Assembly: GCA_963716365.1 (NCBI GenBank)
Contig: OY970307.1
Location: forward strand, 2,655,492 to 2,719,491
Origin: Candidatus Dormiibacterota bacterium
Lineage (GTDB): Bacteria > Chloroflexota > Dormibacteria > Aeolococcales > Aeolococcaceae
Direction: 5' to 3'
DNA: 64,000 nucleotides
The position numbers were made by a program, and so were the translations under genes. Under the pieces are notes generated by a model. It made no database searches. It was not told the origin of the DNA and saw only the letters and a list, made by a program, of their open reading frames with translations. Shown here in pieces: positions 41,330 through 52,813 of the stretch. The stretch's first letter is position 1. The number at the start of each line of letters is the position of its first letter.

Positions 41330-41761
41330 TCAGCCCGACGATCGCGGCTGGAGCACATGGCTGCTTCGAGTGCTGCCATCGATGAACGTAAGGGTCACCT
41401 GCTGCGCCTGATCGACGGAGTGCGGCACACGGATCACTGTCGTGGTCGGCGCGGCATCCGCGGTGCATGACGAGCCGTACGGACTCGTCCCGCTGCTCAA
41501 CGTCAGCGTGAGTGCGTTGCCGGCAGCGTTCAGGTCAATCGGGAGCTTGGGGCATCCCGAGCTCCACCAGGTGATGACCGCGACCTGATCCGGGGCGCCC
41601 CACACGGCTACCGGGCCGAGGGTGTGTCGATCTGCGGTCGAGAGCGCGAACCCCGAGGGTGCGCCGAGGTACGTGCGCACGAACCAGCTCGGCGCACTGA
41701 TGGATCCGCACGCCGCGAGCGCCCACATGGCCACCAGAGGCAAGCAAAGCCAGCGCTTCAC
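41330..41761 (-). CDS. putative lipoprotein
   Basis: The GTG at 41761 gives VKRWLCLPLVAMWALAACGS (lipobox). About 143 aa, no family recognised. Confidence 0.4.
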   Translation of the reverse strand: MKRWLCLPLVAMWALAACGSISAPSWFVRTYLGAPSGFALSTADRHTLGPVAVWGAPDQVAVITWWSSGCPKLPIDLNAAGNALTLTLSSGTSPYGSSCTADAAPTTTVIRVPHSVDQAQQVTLTFIDGSTRSSHVLQPRSSG

Positions 41762-41780
41762 AGTGCCTCGAGTATGCGAC

Positions 41781-42746
41781 CTACATATGAAGCACGATCT
41801 TCCCCGTGGCCTGGCGCGAACCGAGCAGTGTGAGCGCGGCCTCCGCTTCCTCGAGCGGGTAGGTCTTCCCAACGATCGGGGCGATCGTGCCGGACTCGAT
41901 CATCGTGTTGAGCGCGCGCTGGGTCTCGCCGAACAACGACGGCTCGATGCCGAGGAACGCGCCCCACGCCGCGCCGACGATGTCGATGTTGCGGAGCAGC
42001 ACTCGGTTCACCTGCACCGAGGGGATCCTCCCGTCAGTGAAGCCCACGACGATGAGGCGACCTTCCGGAGCGAGGCAGCGGACGCTCTGATCGAAGCGCT
42101 CGCCACCGACGGGATCGAGGATCGCGTTGACCCCATGGCCATCGTTCTGCGCCCGGAGTGCCGAGACCCAGTCGCCCTCGGCGTCGAGCACCCGATGCGC
42201 GCCTGCTCGCTCGGCGATGTGCATCTTGTCGGGTCCCGCTGCGATGGCGATCACTTCGGCGCCGAGGCCGCGCGCCACCTGGATGGCGGCCGTCCCGATG
42301 CCTCCGGCAGCTCCGTGAATCGCGATTCGCTCGCCCGCACGAAGCCGGGCCCTGCGCGAGAGCGCGAAATGCGCCGTGTGGTAATTCATGACGAATCCCG
42401 AGGCTGCATCGAGGCTGAGCCCGGTGGGTATGGCCAGCGTGAATGCAGGCTCGGCCACGGCAACGTCGGCGAACCCGCCCAGCATCGTGAACGCCATGAC
42501 GCGATCCCCGGCTCTGAAGCCGGAGCCCAGTGGCGCCGATCGAACGCTGCCGGCCACCTCGACCCCGGGGACGAACGGAAGCGGGGGCTTCATCTGGTAC
42601 TCGCCTCGGGTCAGCAGCAGGTCGGGAAAGCTGACCCCGGCGGCCGCCACCTCGATGACCACGCGGTCACTGTCCTCGGGCTCCTCGACGTCGACCAGCC
42701 GCAGTCCCGAAGGCCCCTCGAGCCCGTGAACCTGTTGTGCGCGCAC
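41781..42746 (-). CDS. NADPH:quinone oxidoreductase / zeta-crystallin-type MDR
   Basis: The GTG at 42746 is preceded by GGAGGAAACAAG. Motifs VSFPDLLLTRGEYQ and IHGAAGGIGTAAIQ (GxGxxG). 321 aa. Confidence 0.8.
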   Translation of the reverse strand: MRAQQVHGLEGPSGLRLVDVEEPEDSDRVVIEVAAAGVSFPDLLLTRGEYQMKPPLPFVPGVEVAGSVRSAPLGSGFRAGDRVMAFTMLGGFADVAVAEPAFTLAIPTGLSLDAASGFVMNYHTAHFALSRRARLRAGERIAIHGAAGGIGTAAIQVARGLGAEVIAIAAGPDKMHIAERAGAHRVLDAEGDWVSALRAQNDGHGVNAILDPVGGERFDQSVRCLAPEGRLIVVGFTDGRIPSVQVNRVLLRNIDIVGAAWGAFLGIEPSLFGETQRALNTMIESGTIAPIVGKTYPLEEAEAALTLLGSRQATGKIVLHM

Positions 42747-42954
42747 CTTGTTTCCTCCATCCCGAGTAGGCCGCTGATGATGCCACTGTGGGCTCCTGAC
42801 GAGCGAACCGTGGGGTACGCTAGGCCGTCGGCGGGTAACCGGGGGTGGGCACGAGACGTTCCCCGGAGAGGAAGCCCGTCGAACAGCGGCGACCCCGCGA
42901 TTGCCTCGCGGCGGTCCGTACAACCGTTCGGAACCTCAAGAGAACACCACATCC

Positions 42955-44448
42955 ATGGCAACGATCAGCAGGTCCGCGTCCCGCCGGAAGCGGCGCTCGC
43001 GCTACAACATCGTCCCGAGGTGGTTGACGCGCAAGCGCGTGATCCTCTCGGTGACCCTGGTGTTCTCGCTCGCCTTCGCAAGCGCCGTCGTCTACGGCGT
43101 GCGTCTCTCGTTCGCGCTCGCGAAGACGTTCCACACAAGTCCGATCTCCGCGGCGCTGAACGCACTGGGCGGCGGTGGCGGTTCCGCGATCGATCAGTCG
43201 CGACGCAGCCTGCAGCGCATCAACATCGTGCTCTACGGCTATGGCGGCGACGGGCACTCCGGCGGCGATCTGACCAACTCGATCATGCTCGTGTCGATTC
43301 AGCCAATTGCCAATCACCCGCCCCAGGTCGCAGAGATCTCGATCCCTCGCGACTGGTACGTGCGCATTCCGCTCAAGAACGGCCAGTCGACCGAGCAGCG
43401 GATCAACTTTGCATACGCCGCCGGCGAGCTCGGTGAGGGTCCGGAGCCGGCGAGCTCCGTCGATGCGGGGGCCGCGGTTGCCGACCCACTGCTGGAGCAT
43501 CTGCTGGGTGTCGGCATCAACTACTTCGTCGGCGTCAACTTCGACGCGTTCAAGCAGGCCGTGAACGCCGTCGGCGGCATCAACATCGATGTCCCGGCCG
43601 GGTTCACCGACAACCAGTACCCCGCCGGTGAGTGCGAGGAAGGCGACTGCGGATACGAGACGGTGCATTTCAACGCCGGCGAGCAGCACATGAGCGGGGC
43701 AACCGCGCTCATCTACGCGAGGTCCCGCCACGGCAACAACGGCCAGGGCTCCGACTTTGCGCGGAGCCGCCGGCAGCAGCAGATCATCGTCGCGTTGCGG
43801 CAGCAGCTCGAGAGCATCGGTGGCATCGGCAAGCTTCCGGATGTCATCAATGCCCTCGGCGACAACGTGCTCACGAACCTGTCGATCAGCGACGCCGAGG
43901 CGCTCTACGGGCTCGTGCAGGGCGTGAACCCGGCAAGCATCGAGCACATCAGCATCGACGACTCCAACTTCCTCTACGACTGTGACTACCCGAGCAAGTG
44001 CGGTGGGTACTACCTGTTCGCGCACGACCAGAGCTTTCATTCGCTGAGCCACTACGTGCAGGACATCTTTCCCTCCGAGGCCGCGCTCGGCGACGGCGCC
44101 AAGATCAAGTTCGTCGACGCCAGCGGCGGGGGGAGCAACGCCTCGGCGCGATGGGCCAGCATCATGAACATGGTCGGGTTCGCCACCGTCAACGGCGGCA
44201 AGCAGGCCAAACAGACGGTGACGCAGGTCGTCGACAACAGCGGCGGCTCTGACGCAGCCGCTGCGGCATGGCTGGCCGCATACTTCGGCGTCAGCGTGAC
44301 CACCGAACCTCCGCCGACGCCCGTTCCCACCGCAACTGGAGCAGCTGTCCCGACCGCGACGCCGGTGACCCCTGCGGGCGGCGTCACGGTGGTGCTGGGC
44401 AGCGCCGAAGAGAACGCGTTCCTCGGCAATCCCGGGATCGGCAACTAG
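42955..44448 (+). CDS. LCP (LytR-CpsA-Psr) family protein with LytR_C-like C-terminus
   Basis: N-terminal TM, then NIVLYGYGGDG...SIMLVSIQP...ISIPRDWYV...NFAYA and RSRH...DFARSRRQQQII, the LCP core motifs. Confidence 0.8.
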   Translation: MATISRSASRRKRRSRYNIVPRWLTRKRVILSVTLVFSLAFASAVVYGVRLSFALAKTFHTSPISAALNALGGGGGSAIDQSRRSLQRINIVLYGYGGDGHSGGDLTNSIMLVSIQPIANHPPQVAEISIPRDWYVRIPLKNGQSTEQRINFAYAAGELGEGPEPASSVDAGAAVADPLLEHLLGVGINYFVGVNFDAFKQAVNAVGGINIDVPAGFTDNQYPAGECEEGDCGYETVHFNAGEQHMSGATALIYARSRHGNNGQGSDFARSRRQQQIIVALRQQLESIGGIGKLPDVINALGDNVLTNLSISDAEALYGLVQGVNPASIEHISIDDSNFLYDCDYPSKCGGYYLFAHDQSFHSLSHYVQDIFPSEAALGDGAKIKFVDASGGGSNASARWASIMNMVGFATVNGGKQAKQTVTQVVDNSGGSDAAAAAWLAAYFGVSVTTEPPPTPVPTATGAAVPTATPVTPAGGVTVVLGSAEENAFLGNPGIGN

Positions 44449-44484
44449 CGCTTCGACTCAGACGACTGTAGCGGGGACGAGATT

Positions 44485-45526
44485 GTGGGATTGAGAATCG
44501 CCGTGCTGACGGGCGGCGGTGACGCACCAGGGCTCAACGCGGCGATTCGCGCCATCGGCCGTCGTGCGCTGACCGCGGGCGACACGCTCTTCGGCATTCG
44601 CAACGGCTGGGCAGGCCTGCTCGGCGAAGGTGACGTCATCGCGCTCGAGCGCCCGAGCCTGTCCGGCATCCTCCAACTGGGCGGCACGATGCTCGGCAGC
44701 TCGCGGGTCAACCCGATGAAAGTCGACGGCGGCATTGCCGACGCCATGCGCAACATGGAACGGTTGCGAACTCGACGCGCTCGTCGCCATCGGCGGCGAC
44801 GACACGCTGAGCGTCGCGGCGCGTCTCGCAGAGGAACAGGCTCGCGTGATCGGTGTTCCCAAGACGATGGACAACGACCTCAGCATCACCGACTACTGCA
44901 TCGGATTCGACAGCGCGGTGAGCGTTGTCACCGAGGCGCTCGACCGCCTGCACACCACCGCAACCTCGCATCACCGCGTGATGGTCTGTGAGGTCATGGG
45001 ACGCGACACAGGATGGGTCGCAGTGATGGGCGGTCTCGCCGGTGGCGCCGACATGATCATCATCCCGGAGTTCGAGGTCACCGTCGACGAGGTGGTTGCT
45101 CACCTCGAGGTGCGCCGCAAGGCCGGCAGCGACTTCAGCATCATCGTCGTCGCTGAGGGTGTTGAGATGAGTGGGCTGCAGACCAAGGATGAAGCTGAGG
45201 GCGCTCGCGACGCATTCGGTCATGTCCAGCTCAGCCGGCGCGGCGTGGGTGAAACGCTGGCGCGCATCATCGAGGAGCGCACCGGACACGAGACGCGCGC
45301 AACGGTACTCGGGCACGTGCAGCGGGGCGGATCGCCCACCGCGTTCGACCGCATCTGGGCGACACGGGTCGGCGCCAAGGCGTATGACCTCATCGTCGCC
45401 GGCAGGTTCGGTGAGATGCCGGTCGTGCGTGGTGGCACCGTCGAGGTTGCGCGCATCGCCGACGTCGTCGCCGAGCAACGGCGCGTGCCGCGCGAGCTGT
45501 ACGAGCTCGCGCAGGTCTTCTACTAG
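44485..45526 (+). pseudogene. pfkA: 6-phosphofructokinase, frame broken near 44755-44770
   Basis: The N-terminal part IAVLTGGGDAPGLNAAIR is in frame 1. DALVAIGGDDTL, GVPKTMDNDL, EVMGRDTGW and GHVQRGG are in frame 2. The joined length of about 347 aa is normal for PFK. Confidence 0.8.
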
Positions 45527-45527
45527 C
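45522..45527. repeat. ACTAGC, left copy of a 6-bp target-site duplication
   Basis: It is identical to 47149-47154 and lies immediately outside the TGT terminus at 45528. It contains the pfk stop codon TAG. Confidence 0.7.
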
Positions 45528-46147
45528 TGTAATGCCCAGGGACGTTGTTGAGGCGCGAAACGGGCGGGAGCTGACCGAGACTGGTGTGGGCGCGGTGATC
45601 GTTGTAGATGTGGAGCCACGTCGTCAAGGCCCTGGATCGATGTTGGTTTGAGGGGTACGGTCGGACGTAGGCCCATTCCTCAAGCAAGGTCCGGTTGAAG
45701 CGCTCGACTTTGCCATTGGTCTGGGGTCGGTAGGGCCTGGTAAAGCGCTGCACCGCGCCGCTCTCGAGCACCGCAGCACGGAAGAGCGTGGACTTTCGGT
45801 AGGCCATGGCGTTGTCAGTCAGGACGCGCTGCACTGCGATCCCGTGAGCTGCGAAGAAGGCCACGGCGCGGCTCCAAAACGCAGCTGCGGTCTGGCCGCG
45901 TTCGTCGTTGCAGATCTCGGAGTAGGCAAGCCGTGAGTTGTCGTCGACCGCAGAATGGACGTGGTCATAACCCACCCGCACATGCAGATCCGGACGCTGC
46001 TCGCGGCCGTGGACGTGCCAGCCACCACCCGGAGGTATCCGTCCCACTTCTTGATATCGACGTGGACAAGGTCGCCAGGTTGTTCGCGTTCGTAGCGACG
46101 GATCACGCGACCGGTGGGGCGATCCATCCAAGCGAGCCGGTTCAGCT
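45528..46147 (-). mobile_element. IS481-family element remnant (3' two-thirds of the transposase, 5' part deleted, one internal frameshift)
   Basis: The minus-strand frames give ...RPTGRVIRRYEREQPGDLVHVDIKKW / GRIPPGGGWHVHG...VGYDHVHSAVDDNSRLAYSE...YRPQTNGKVERFNRTL (DDE/rve). The outer end starts with TGT at 45528. The inner end abuts the IRL of the next IS. Confidence 0.75.
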
Positions 46148-47148
46148 TATAAAACTGACGGAGTCTGTTGACACTTGGGCCTCCAATTCACGAGGAGGCA
46201 CCTGTGACCGAGAGAGAACTGGCTAGGGGAGCAGCTCGACGCCTGGCGATCATTCGCCACGTCCAGGAAGTGACCGGCAATGTCGCCCTTACCTGCCGCT
46301 ACTACGGGATCACCAGGCAGTGCTATTACGTCTGGTTCCGGCGCTATGAGGAATTCGGGGTTGAGGGCCTCCGAGATCGCTCCTCACGGCCGCATGTGAG
46401 CCCTAAAACCACTCGGGAGGAGGTCGTCGGCAAGATCATCTACCTGCGCCAGAACTACCACTTCGGGCCGCACAAGATCGCCATGTATCTCGAGCGGTAC
46501 CACGAGATCAAGGTGAGCCCGTCCGGGATCTGGCGGATCCTCAAGCGCCTCGACATGAGCCGCCTGCCGGCGTCGCAGCGCTACAAGCGCCACAAGGAGC
46601 GATGGAAGCGCTACGAGAAGCCCCAGCCGGGTCATCGGGTCCAAGTCGATGTGAAGTTCGTGGCGCCGATTGGTGGAACGCGCAGGAAGCACTACCAGTT
46701 CACCGCGATCGATGACTGCACCCGGCTCAGAGTGCTCCGGGTCTATGACCACCTCAACCAGAAGACCGCCATCCAGTTCATCGACTACGTGTTCGAGAAG
46801 CTCCCCTTCCGTGTCGAAGTGATTCAGACCGACAACGGCGCTGAGTTCCAGTCCGCCTTCCACTGGCACGTCCTCGACCGCGGCGTCCAGCACGTGTACA
46901 TCAAGCCGGCCACGCCTCGGCTCAACGGCAAGGTGGAACGATCACATCGGATCGACGCTGACGAGTTCTACCGGCTCCTGGATGGCGTGGTGCTCGACGA
47001 CGCCCGGCTCTTCACCACGAAGCTCCAGGAGTGGGAGGACTTCTACAATTTCGACCGCCCGCACGGAGGCTTGGGTGGCCAAACTCCCTACGAGCGCCTG
47101 CGCCAAAAGACCGAAGCCCTTGTGTAATCGGCCATCGTCAGTTGCACA
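46148..47148 (+). mobile_element. complete IS481-family insertion sequence (about 1.0 kb)
   Basis: Imperfect terminal inverted repeats match at 18 of 28 positions: TATAAAACTGACGGAGTCTGTTGACAC (46148-) against the reverse complement of ...47148, TGTGCAACTGACGATGGCCGATTACAC. The element carries a single transposase ORF and has lower GC than its flanks. Confidence 0.7.
46204..47127 (+). CDS. IS481-family transposase (HTH + DDE/rve integrase core)
   Basis: GGAGG lies 5 nt upstream of the GTG at 46204. Motifs VQVDVKFV, YQFTAIDDCTRL, IQTDNGAEF and ATPRLNGKVERSHR. Confidence 0.85.
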   Translation: MTERELARGAARRLAIIRHVQEVTGNVALTCRYYGITRQCYYVWFRRYEEFGVEGLRDRSSRPHVSPKTTREEVVGKIIYLRQNYHFGPHKIAMYLERYHEIKVSPSGIWRILKRLDMSRLPASQRYKRHKERWKRYEKPQPGHRVQVDVKFVAPIGGTRRKHYQFTAIDDCTRLRVLRVYDHLNQKTAIQFIDYVFEKLPFRVEVIQTDNGAEFQSAFHWHVLDRGVQHVYIKPATPRLNGKVERSHRIDADEFYRLLDGVVLDDARLFTTKLQEWEDFYNFDRPHGGLGGQTPYERLRQKTEALV

Positions 47149-47154
47149 ACTAGC
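47149..47154. repeat. ACTAGC, right copy of the 6-bp target-site duplication
   Basis: It lies immediately outside the ...CACA terminus at 47148. It contains the stop codon (CTA on plus = TAG on minus) of the beta-propeller gene. Confidence 0.7.
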
Positions 47155-48235
47155 GGGTCATAACCGGGATGCTCGTGAGCGGGGACCACGAGGGCGGTGA
47201 GGTGGCATCGAAGTCGAGATTGGTCGTCACCTGCAGCGGCGCCGCCGGCGTGGCGGTGAGCGCACCCTTGATCCACCAGAGTTCGAAGTGTCCCGCGGAG
47301 TCAGTTGCGTTGTAGTACACGAGCCCGCTGCCGTCCGGCGCCCACACCGGTGCGGAGCACAAACAGTTGTTGACGAGCGTCCGTGGCGTTCCCAGCTTTG
47401 TACCGACGAGCGGCGCGACCTCGAGGCGTGTGCTCTGCAGTCCGGTGCCGCCAATGCAGATCATCGCGACCATGGTGCCGTCGGGTGACGGCGTGGCCTG
47501 GCCGCAGTCCTGCGTGCCGGTGCTGAGGATCAGCGGCTGCACCAACGGTTTCGTCTCCAGCGCGATGAACGAGAACGCGCTCCCGTTGGAGATCGAGTAC
47601 CGAGAAAACATCACGTCGCCGTTTGCCATCGGTGTGGGCTCGACATCACCGCCGGTGAACGGGTTGGCGGTCGTCAGGCGTTGATTCGCGAGCGTGCCTG
47701 TCACTGAGCCCGACCAGATCGAGAAATCGACGGCGTATGTCGTGGAGTTCTTCGGCTGGTCGTACGAGAAGTACAAGGTGCCCGTGGGACTGAAGTGAGG
47801 CCAGAACATCCAGTGGTTGAGCCATACCTTGCCCACCTTGGTTGGGGGCGCCGCGTTGTTGCTCAACCGGCGGATCACCGCGCCTTGACTGGTGAGCAGG
47901 TAGAGGTTGGAGTACTCCGCGGCGCGAAGCACTGCAACGATCTCCTGCGTGCCGGGAACGTACGCCGGCTGCATCCAGTTCCCGGTGCTCGTCGATGAAT
48001 GGAGGCTGGTGAAGTAGCCGTCGCTCAAGCTGTAGAGCTGCCCGCCCTGGGCGAGGTACAGCGTGCCGGGGAGGACGATCGCGGGCCGTGTCGAAGTCGG
48101 GACATAGGAGCTCGTCTCGGACGGAATCTTCGTCTTCCGCGACGCGATGAGCCGGTTGACCCCGAAGCCGAACCCGGCCATCAGCGCAAGCAGTGTGACG
48201 ACGGTGATCGCCCGTCTCACGCGGCGGGATCTCAT
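47150..48235 (-). CDS. secreted/anchored beta-propeller protein (TolB/PD40-like)
   Basis: N-terminal TM anchor followed by repeated PDG/SPTG-containing blades (WAPDGSGLVYY, FSPTGTLYFSY, PSPDGTMVAM). ATGA overlap with the upstream LCP gene. Confidence 0.55.
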   Translation of the reverse strand: MRSRRVRRAITVVTLLALMAGFGFGVNRLIASRKTKIPSETSSYVPTSTRPAIVLPGTLYLAQGGQLYSLSDGYFTSLHSSTSTGNWMQPAYVPGTQEIVAVLRAAEYSNLYLLTSQGAVIRRLSNNAAPPTKVGKVWLNHWMFWPHFSPTGTLYFSYDQPKNSTTYAVDFSIWSGSVTGTLANQRLTTANPFTGGDVEPTPMANGDVMFSRYSISNGSAFSFIALETKPLVQPLILSTGTQDCGQATPSPDGTMVAMICIGGTGLQSTRLEVAPLVGTKLGTPRTLVNNCLCSAPVWAPDGSGLVYYNATDSAGHFELWWIKGALTATPAAPLQVTTNLDFDATSPPSWSPLTSIPVMTR

Positions 48236-49275
48236 ACGGCCGGGAAGTATTTGTGCGTCTCGGGCAGGATGAGATTCCAGTTCGGCTGCAGCGCATCCTC
48301 GTTGGCCACCTCGAGATTCGACGTGTATGGGGACGCGAGGATGATCTGCTGCACGTTCTGGAGCTGCACGCTGCTGGCGATCGGCAGGAGTGAGGCAATC
48401 TCGCTGATGCTCATATCCGTTGAGAAATCATTGGCCATCGCAGTCGCGATATCAGGCAGGTCGGCGATGCCGAGCAACTTCGCCTTGGCACGCAACGCGA
48501 GAAGCACCTGCTGCTGACGCTGCGAACGGCCGAAGTCACTGCGCAGGTCGCCGTGCCGCGAGCGGACGTACTCGAGTGCCTGGATGCCGTCCATCTGCTG
48601 CGGCCCGGGGAGGACCGCGACACGCTCGAATGCATACGGATCCTTGCCGGTTAGGTCAGCCGGGTAGTAGTCGTCCATGACCGGGTTGGTCGCCACCACG
48701 TCGATGCCGCCGACCTGGTTGATGAGATTGACCAATCCGAGCAGGCCGATCCAGGCGTAGTGATCGATGTGGATGTCGAAGTCATTCTCGACCGTTGCCA
48801 CCGCCGCGCTTGCGCCGCCGTGCGCATACGCGTCGTCGATCTTCGCGCTGCCGCCGGTTGCGAGCGGGACCCAGAGGTCGCGCGGAATCGATTCCATGAC
48901 CACCTGACGCGTCTTCGGATTGACGCGGGCAAGGATCATCGACTGCGTCAGGACGGTACCGCCGAACTTCGCGTCGTTGTCGGAACCGAGGAGGAGCACG
49001 GTGAATGGCGCGCCCGGCGGTGCCACGGCCGGGGGCTGGGTGGCCGCTGCCGATGCCGACGGGGCGGCGGACGCGGTGCTGGCGGCCGTCGCCGCGGGCG
49101 TGATCCGCGTGATGGTATGCCCCGTGTCCTGGAATGCGGTCACGATCGCGGGCATGAAGTAGGCGACCGCGCCAACCGCACCGGACAGCACAAAGCCGAG
49201 TGCAATCAGGAACCCGAGGAGCACCCGATGACGCCGGACGTGATGGCGGCGCAAGGATGCGCGTTGTCGTCTCAC
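48232..49275 (-). CDS. LCP (LytR-CpsA-Psr) family protein
   Basis: The GTG at 49275 gives a basic N-terminus plus a TM helix. Motifs FTVLLLGSDN, SMILARVNP, SIPRDLWV, IDDAYA and RSRH...DFGRSQRQQQV. The upstream 340 aa of the track ORF are antisense to meaB and were rejected. Confidence 0.75.
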   Translation of the reverse strand: MRRQRASLRRHHVRRHRVLLGFLIALGFVLSGAVGAVAYFMPAIVTAFQDTGHTITRITPAATAASTASAAPSASAAATQPPAVAPPGAPFTVLLLGSDNDAKFGGTVLTQSMILARVNPKTRQVVMESIPRDLWVPLATGGSAKIDDAYAHGGASAAVATVENDFDIHIDHYAWIGLLGLVNLINQVGGIDVVATNPVMDDYYPADLTGKDPYAFERVAVLPGPQQMDGIQALEYVRSRHGDLRSDFGRSQRQQQVLLALRAKAKLLGIADLPDIATAMANDFSTDMSISEIASLLPIASSVQLQNVQQIILASPYTSNLEVANEDALQPNWNLILPETHKYFPAV

Positions 49276-49356
49276 CTGAGGCTTTATAACGAATGCGGCT
49301 GACGGCGGGGTTACGGCCAACTGCGTGGACGGCACCCGCCGGTAGACTTCGAGTCG

Positions 49357-50309
49357 ATGCCAGAGGCCCCGCTCGCCGAACGTCTGGTGGCCGGCGAGAC
49401 CCGGGCACTGGCGCGCGCGATCCGCATGGTGGAGGATCGCGATCCGGGCATCGCGAGCCTGCTCCGGGACGTCCGGGGACAGACCGGCAGAGCCCGGGTC
49501 ATCGGCGTGACGGGCCCGCCCGGGAGCGGCAAGAGCACTCTGTGCGACCAGGTCATCGAGCGCTGGCGTGCCTCGGGCCACCGCGTCGGTGTGATTGCCG
49601 TGGATCCCTCGAGCCCCTTCACCGGGGGTGCGATCCTGGGCGACCGGGTGCGGATGGTGCGCCACACGCTCGATCCGGGGGTCTTCATCAGGAGCATGGC
49701 CGCTCGCGGCCACCTCGGTGGGCTCGCGGCTGCCGCCCGGGAGGCGATCCGCCTCGTCGACGCCTCCGGCCGCGATCGCTGCCTCCTCGAGACGGTCGGG
49801 GTGGGCCAGTCCGAGCTCGAGGTAATGGAGACCGCCGACACCACGATCGTCGTCACGACTCCGTCCAGCGGGGATGCCGTGCAGATCATCAAGGCAGGCA
49901 TCCTCGAGATCGCCGACATCTTCGTGGTCAACAAGGCCGATCTCCCGGGAGCAAGCAAGGTCGTTCGCGACCTCCGGGAGCTGGTGCGCTCCGGCAAGGT
50001 CCGTGCCGACTGGTCGCCGCCCGTGATCACCACCACTGCCGAGACGGGCGAGGGGGTCGACGAGCTCGTCGCCGCCATCGATGTCCACGGCGCCTCCATC
50101 GCGGCGTCGGGTGAGCTGGAACGTCGCCGGATCGCCCGCCTCCGGGCCGAGGTCGAGGCGATCGTCGTCGAGCGATCGGCCGAGCGCGCGCGAAGCGCGT
50201 TGCATGAGGGGACAATGAGTCAGGAGCTCGCGGGCGACCTGAGCCAGGTGGACCCATACGCCCTGGCCGAGCGGATCCTCAACGGATACACCAAGGAAGC
50301 GACCCACTG

Positions 50310-50310
<1 letters not shown>
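49357..50310 (+). CDS. meaB: methylmalonyl-CoA mutase-associated G-protein chaperone (MeaB/ArgK family)
   Basis: P-loop [21 protein letters not shown] and VNKADL. 317 aa. The stop overlaps the mutase start (TGATG). Confidence 0.9.
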
Positions 50311-51954
<1,644 letters not shown>

Positions 51955-52007
51955 CCCTTTCCTTAACCCCTCCATAAAGAGGCCCCGCGTAGGCTCAGTC
52001 GCACATC

Positions 52008-52754
52008 GTGGGAGCCAAGCACATCCTGGTGGTCGAGGACGAGGAGGCGATTCGGGAAACCCTTCGCTTCAACCTGGTGCGTGAGGGCTACCAGGTGAGT
52101 CAGGCGAGCAACGGAATCGAGGCGCTCGAGAAGGCCCGCGACCTGCGTCCCGACCTGATCGTGCTCGACCTCATGCTTCCCGAGCTCGGTGGTCTCGAGG
52201 TGTGCCGAATCCTCCGCCAGGAGACGACCACGCCCGTGCTCGTGCTGAGCGCACGCGACAGTGAGCTGGACAAGATCGTGGGCCTGCAAGTCGGTGCCGA
52301 CGACTACATGACCAAGCCGTTCTCGCTCGCGGAGCTCACGGCCCGCGTGATGGCACTGCTCCGTCGCGCGCAGCCGTCCGCTGAGGAGCGCGGCGTCGTC
52401 GAGGTGGAGGAGCTCGGGGAGTTCCGCTTCGACCGAGGCGCACGGTCGGTGCGTGTCGGCAGCGAGGATCTGCGCCTCTCGCCGAAGGAGTTCGATCTGC
52501 TTTCGTTCCTGCTCGCCAACCCGGGACGCGTGCATTCGCGCGAGCAGTTGATCCGCCGGGTCTGGGGACCGAAGTTCTTTGGCGAGCGCAAGACGGTCGA
52601 CGTGCACGTGCGGTGGCTGCGAGAGAAGTTCGAGCGGTTCGAGGCGCTCCCGTTCCGCATCACCACGGTGTACGGCGTGGGCTACCGGCTCGACCGGATC
52701 GTCGCGGAGACCGATGTTGCTCCCACCGACGTCGCGTTCATCGGCAGGCTCTGA
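52008..52754 (+). CDS. OmpR/PhoB-family response regulator
   Basis: Receiver ILVVEDEEAIRE...DLIVLDLMLPE...TKPF. Winged helix LSPKEFDLLSFL...TVYGVGYRL. No histidine kinase gene lies adjacent. Confidence 0.85.
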   Translation: MGAKHILVVEDEEAIRETLRFNLVREGYQVSQASNGIEALEKARDLRPDLIVLDLMLPELGGLEVCRILRQETTTPVLVLSARDSELDKIVGLQVGADDYMTKPFSLAELTARVMALLRRAQPSAEERGVVEVEELGEFRFDRGARSVRVGSEDLRLSPKEFDLLSFLLANPGRVHSREQLIRRVWGPKFFGERKTVDVHVRWLREKFERFEALPFRITTVYGVGYRLDRIVAETDVAPTDVAFIGRL

Positions 52755-52813
52755 ACTCCAAAGAGTCCGTGCTGCCTATACTTGCCGCTCCCGCCCGGGG
52801 TCGTACCAGGGAG

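Noticed and set aside
41622-44052. 604-aa plus-strand ORF (41622-43436) and 410-aa minus-strand ORF (42820-44052).
   Set aside because: The first is antisense to the lipoprotein and quinone oxidoreductase genes. The second is antisense to the LCP gene. Neither has recognisable motifs.
45819-46131. Frameshift in the IS481-family remnant, considered as programmed -1 frameshifting of the IS3 type.
   Set aside because: IS481-family transposases are single-ORF enzymes, as in the intact copy next door. The element is also 5'-truncated, so decay is the simpler explanation.
49276-50307. N-terminal 340 aa of the 691-aa minus-strand ORF 48232-50307.
   Set aside because: This part is antisense to meaB and is low-complexity Arg/Asp/Gly. 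The LCP domain with its TM anchor begins at GTG 49275.
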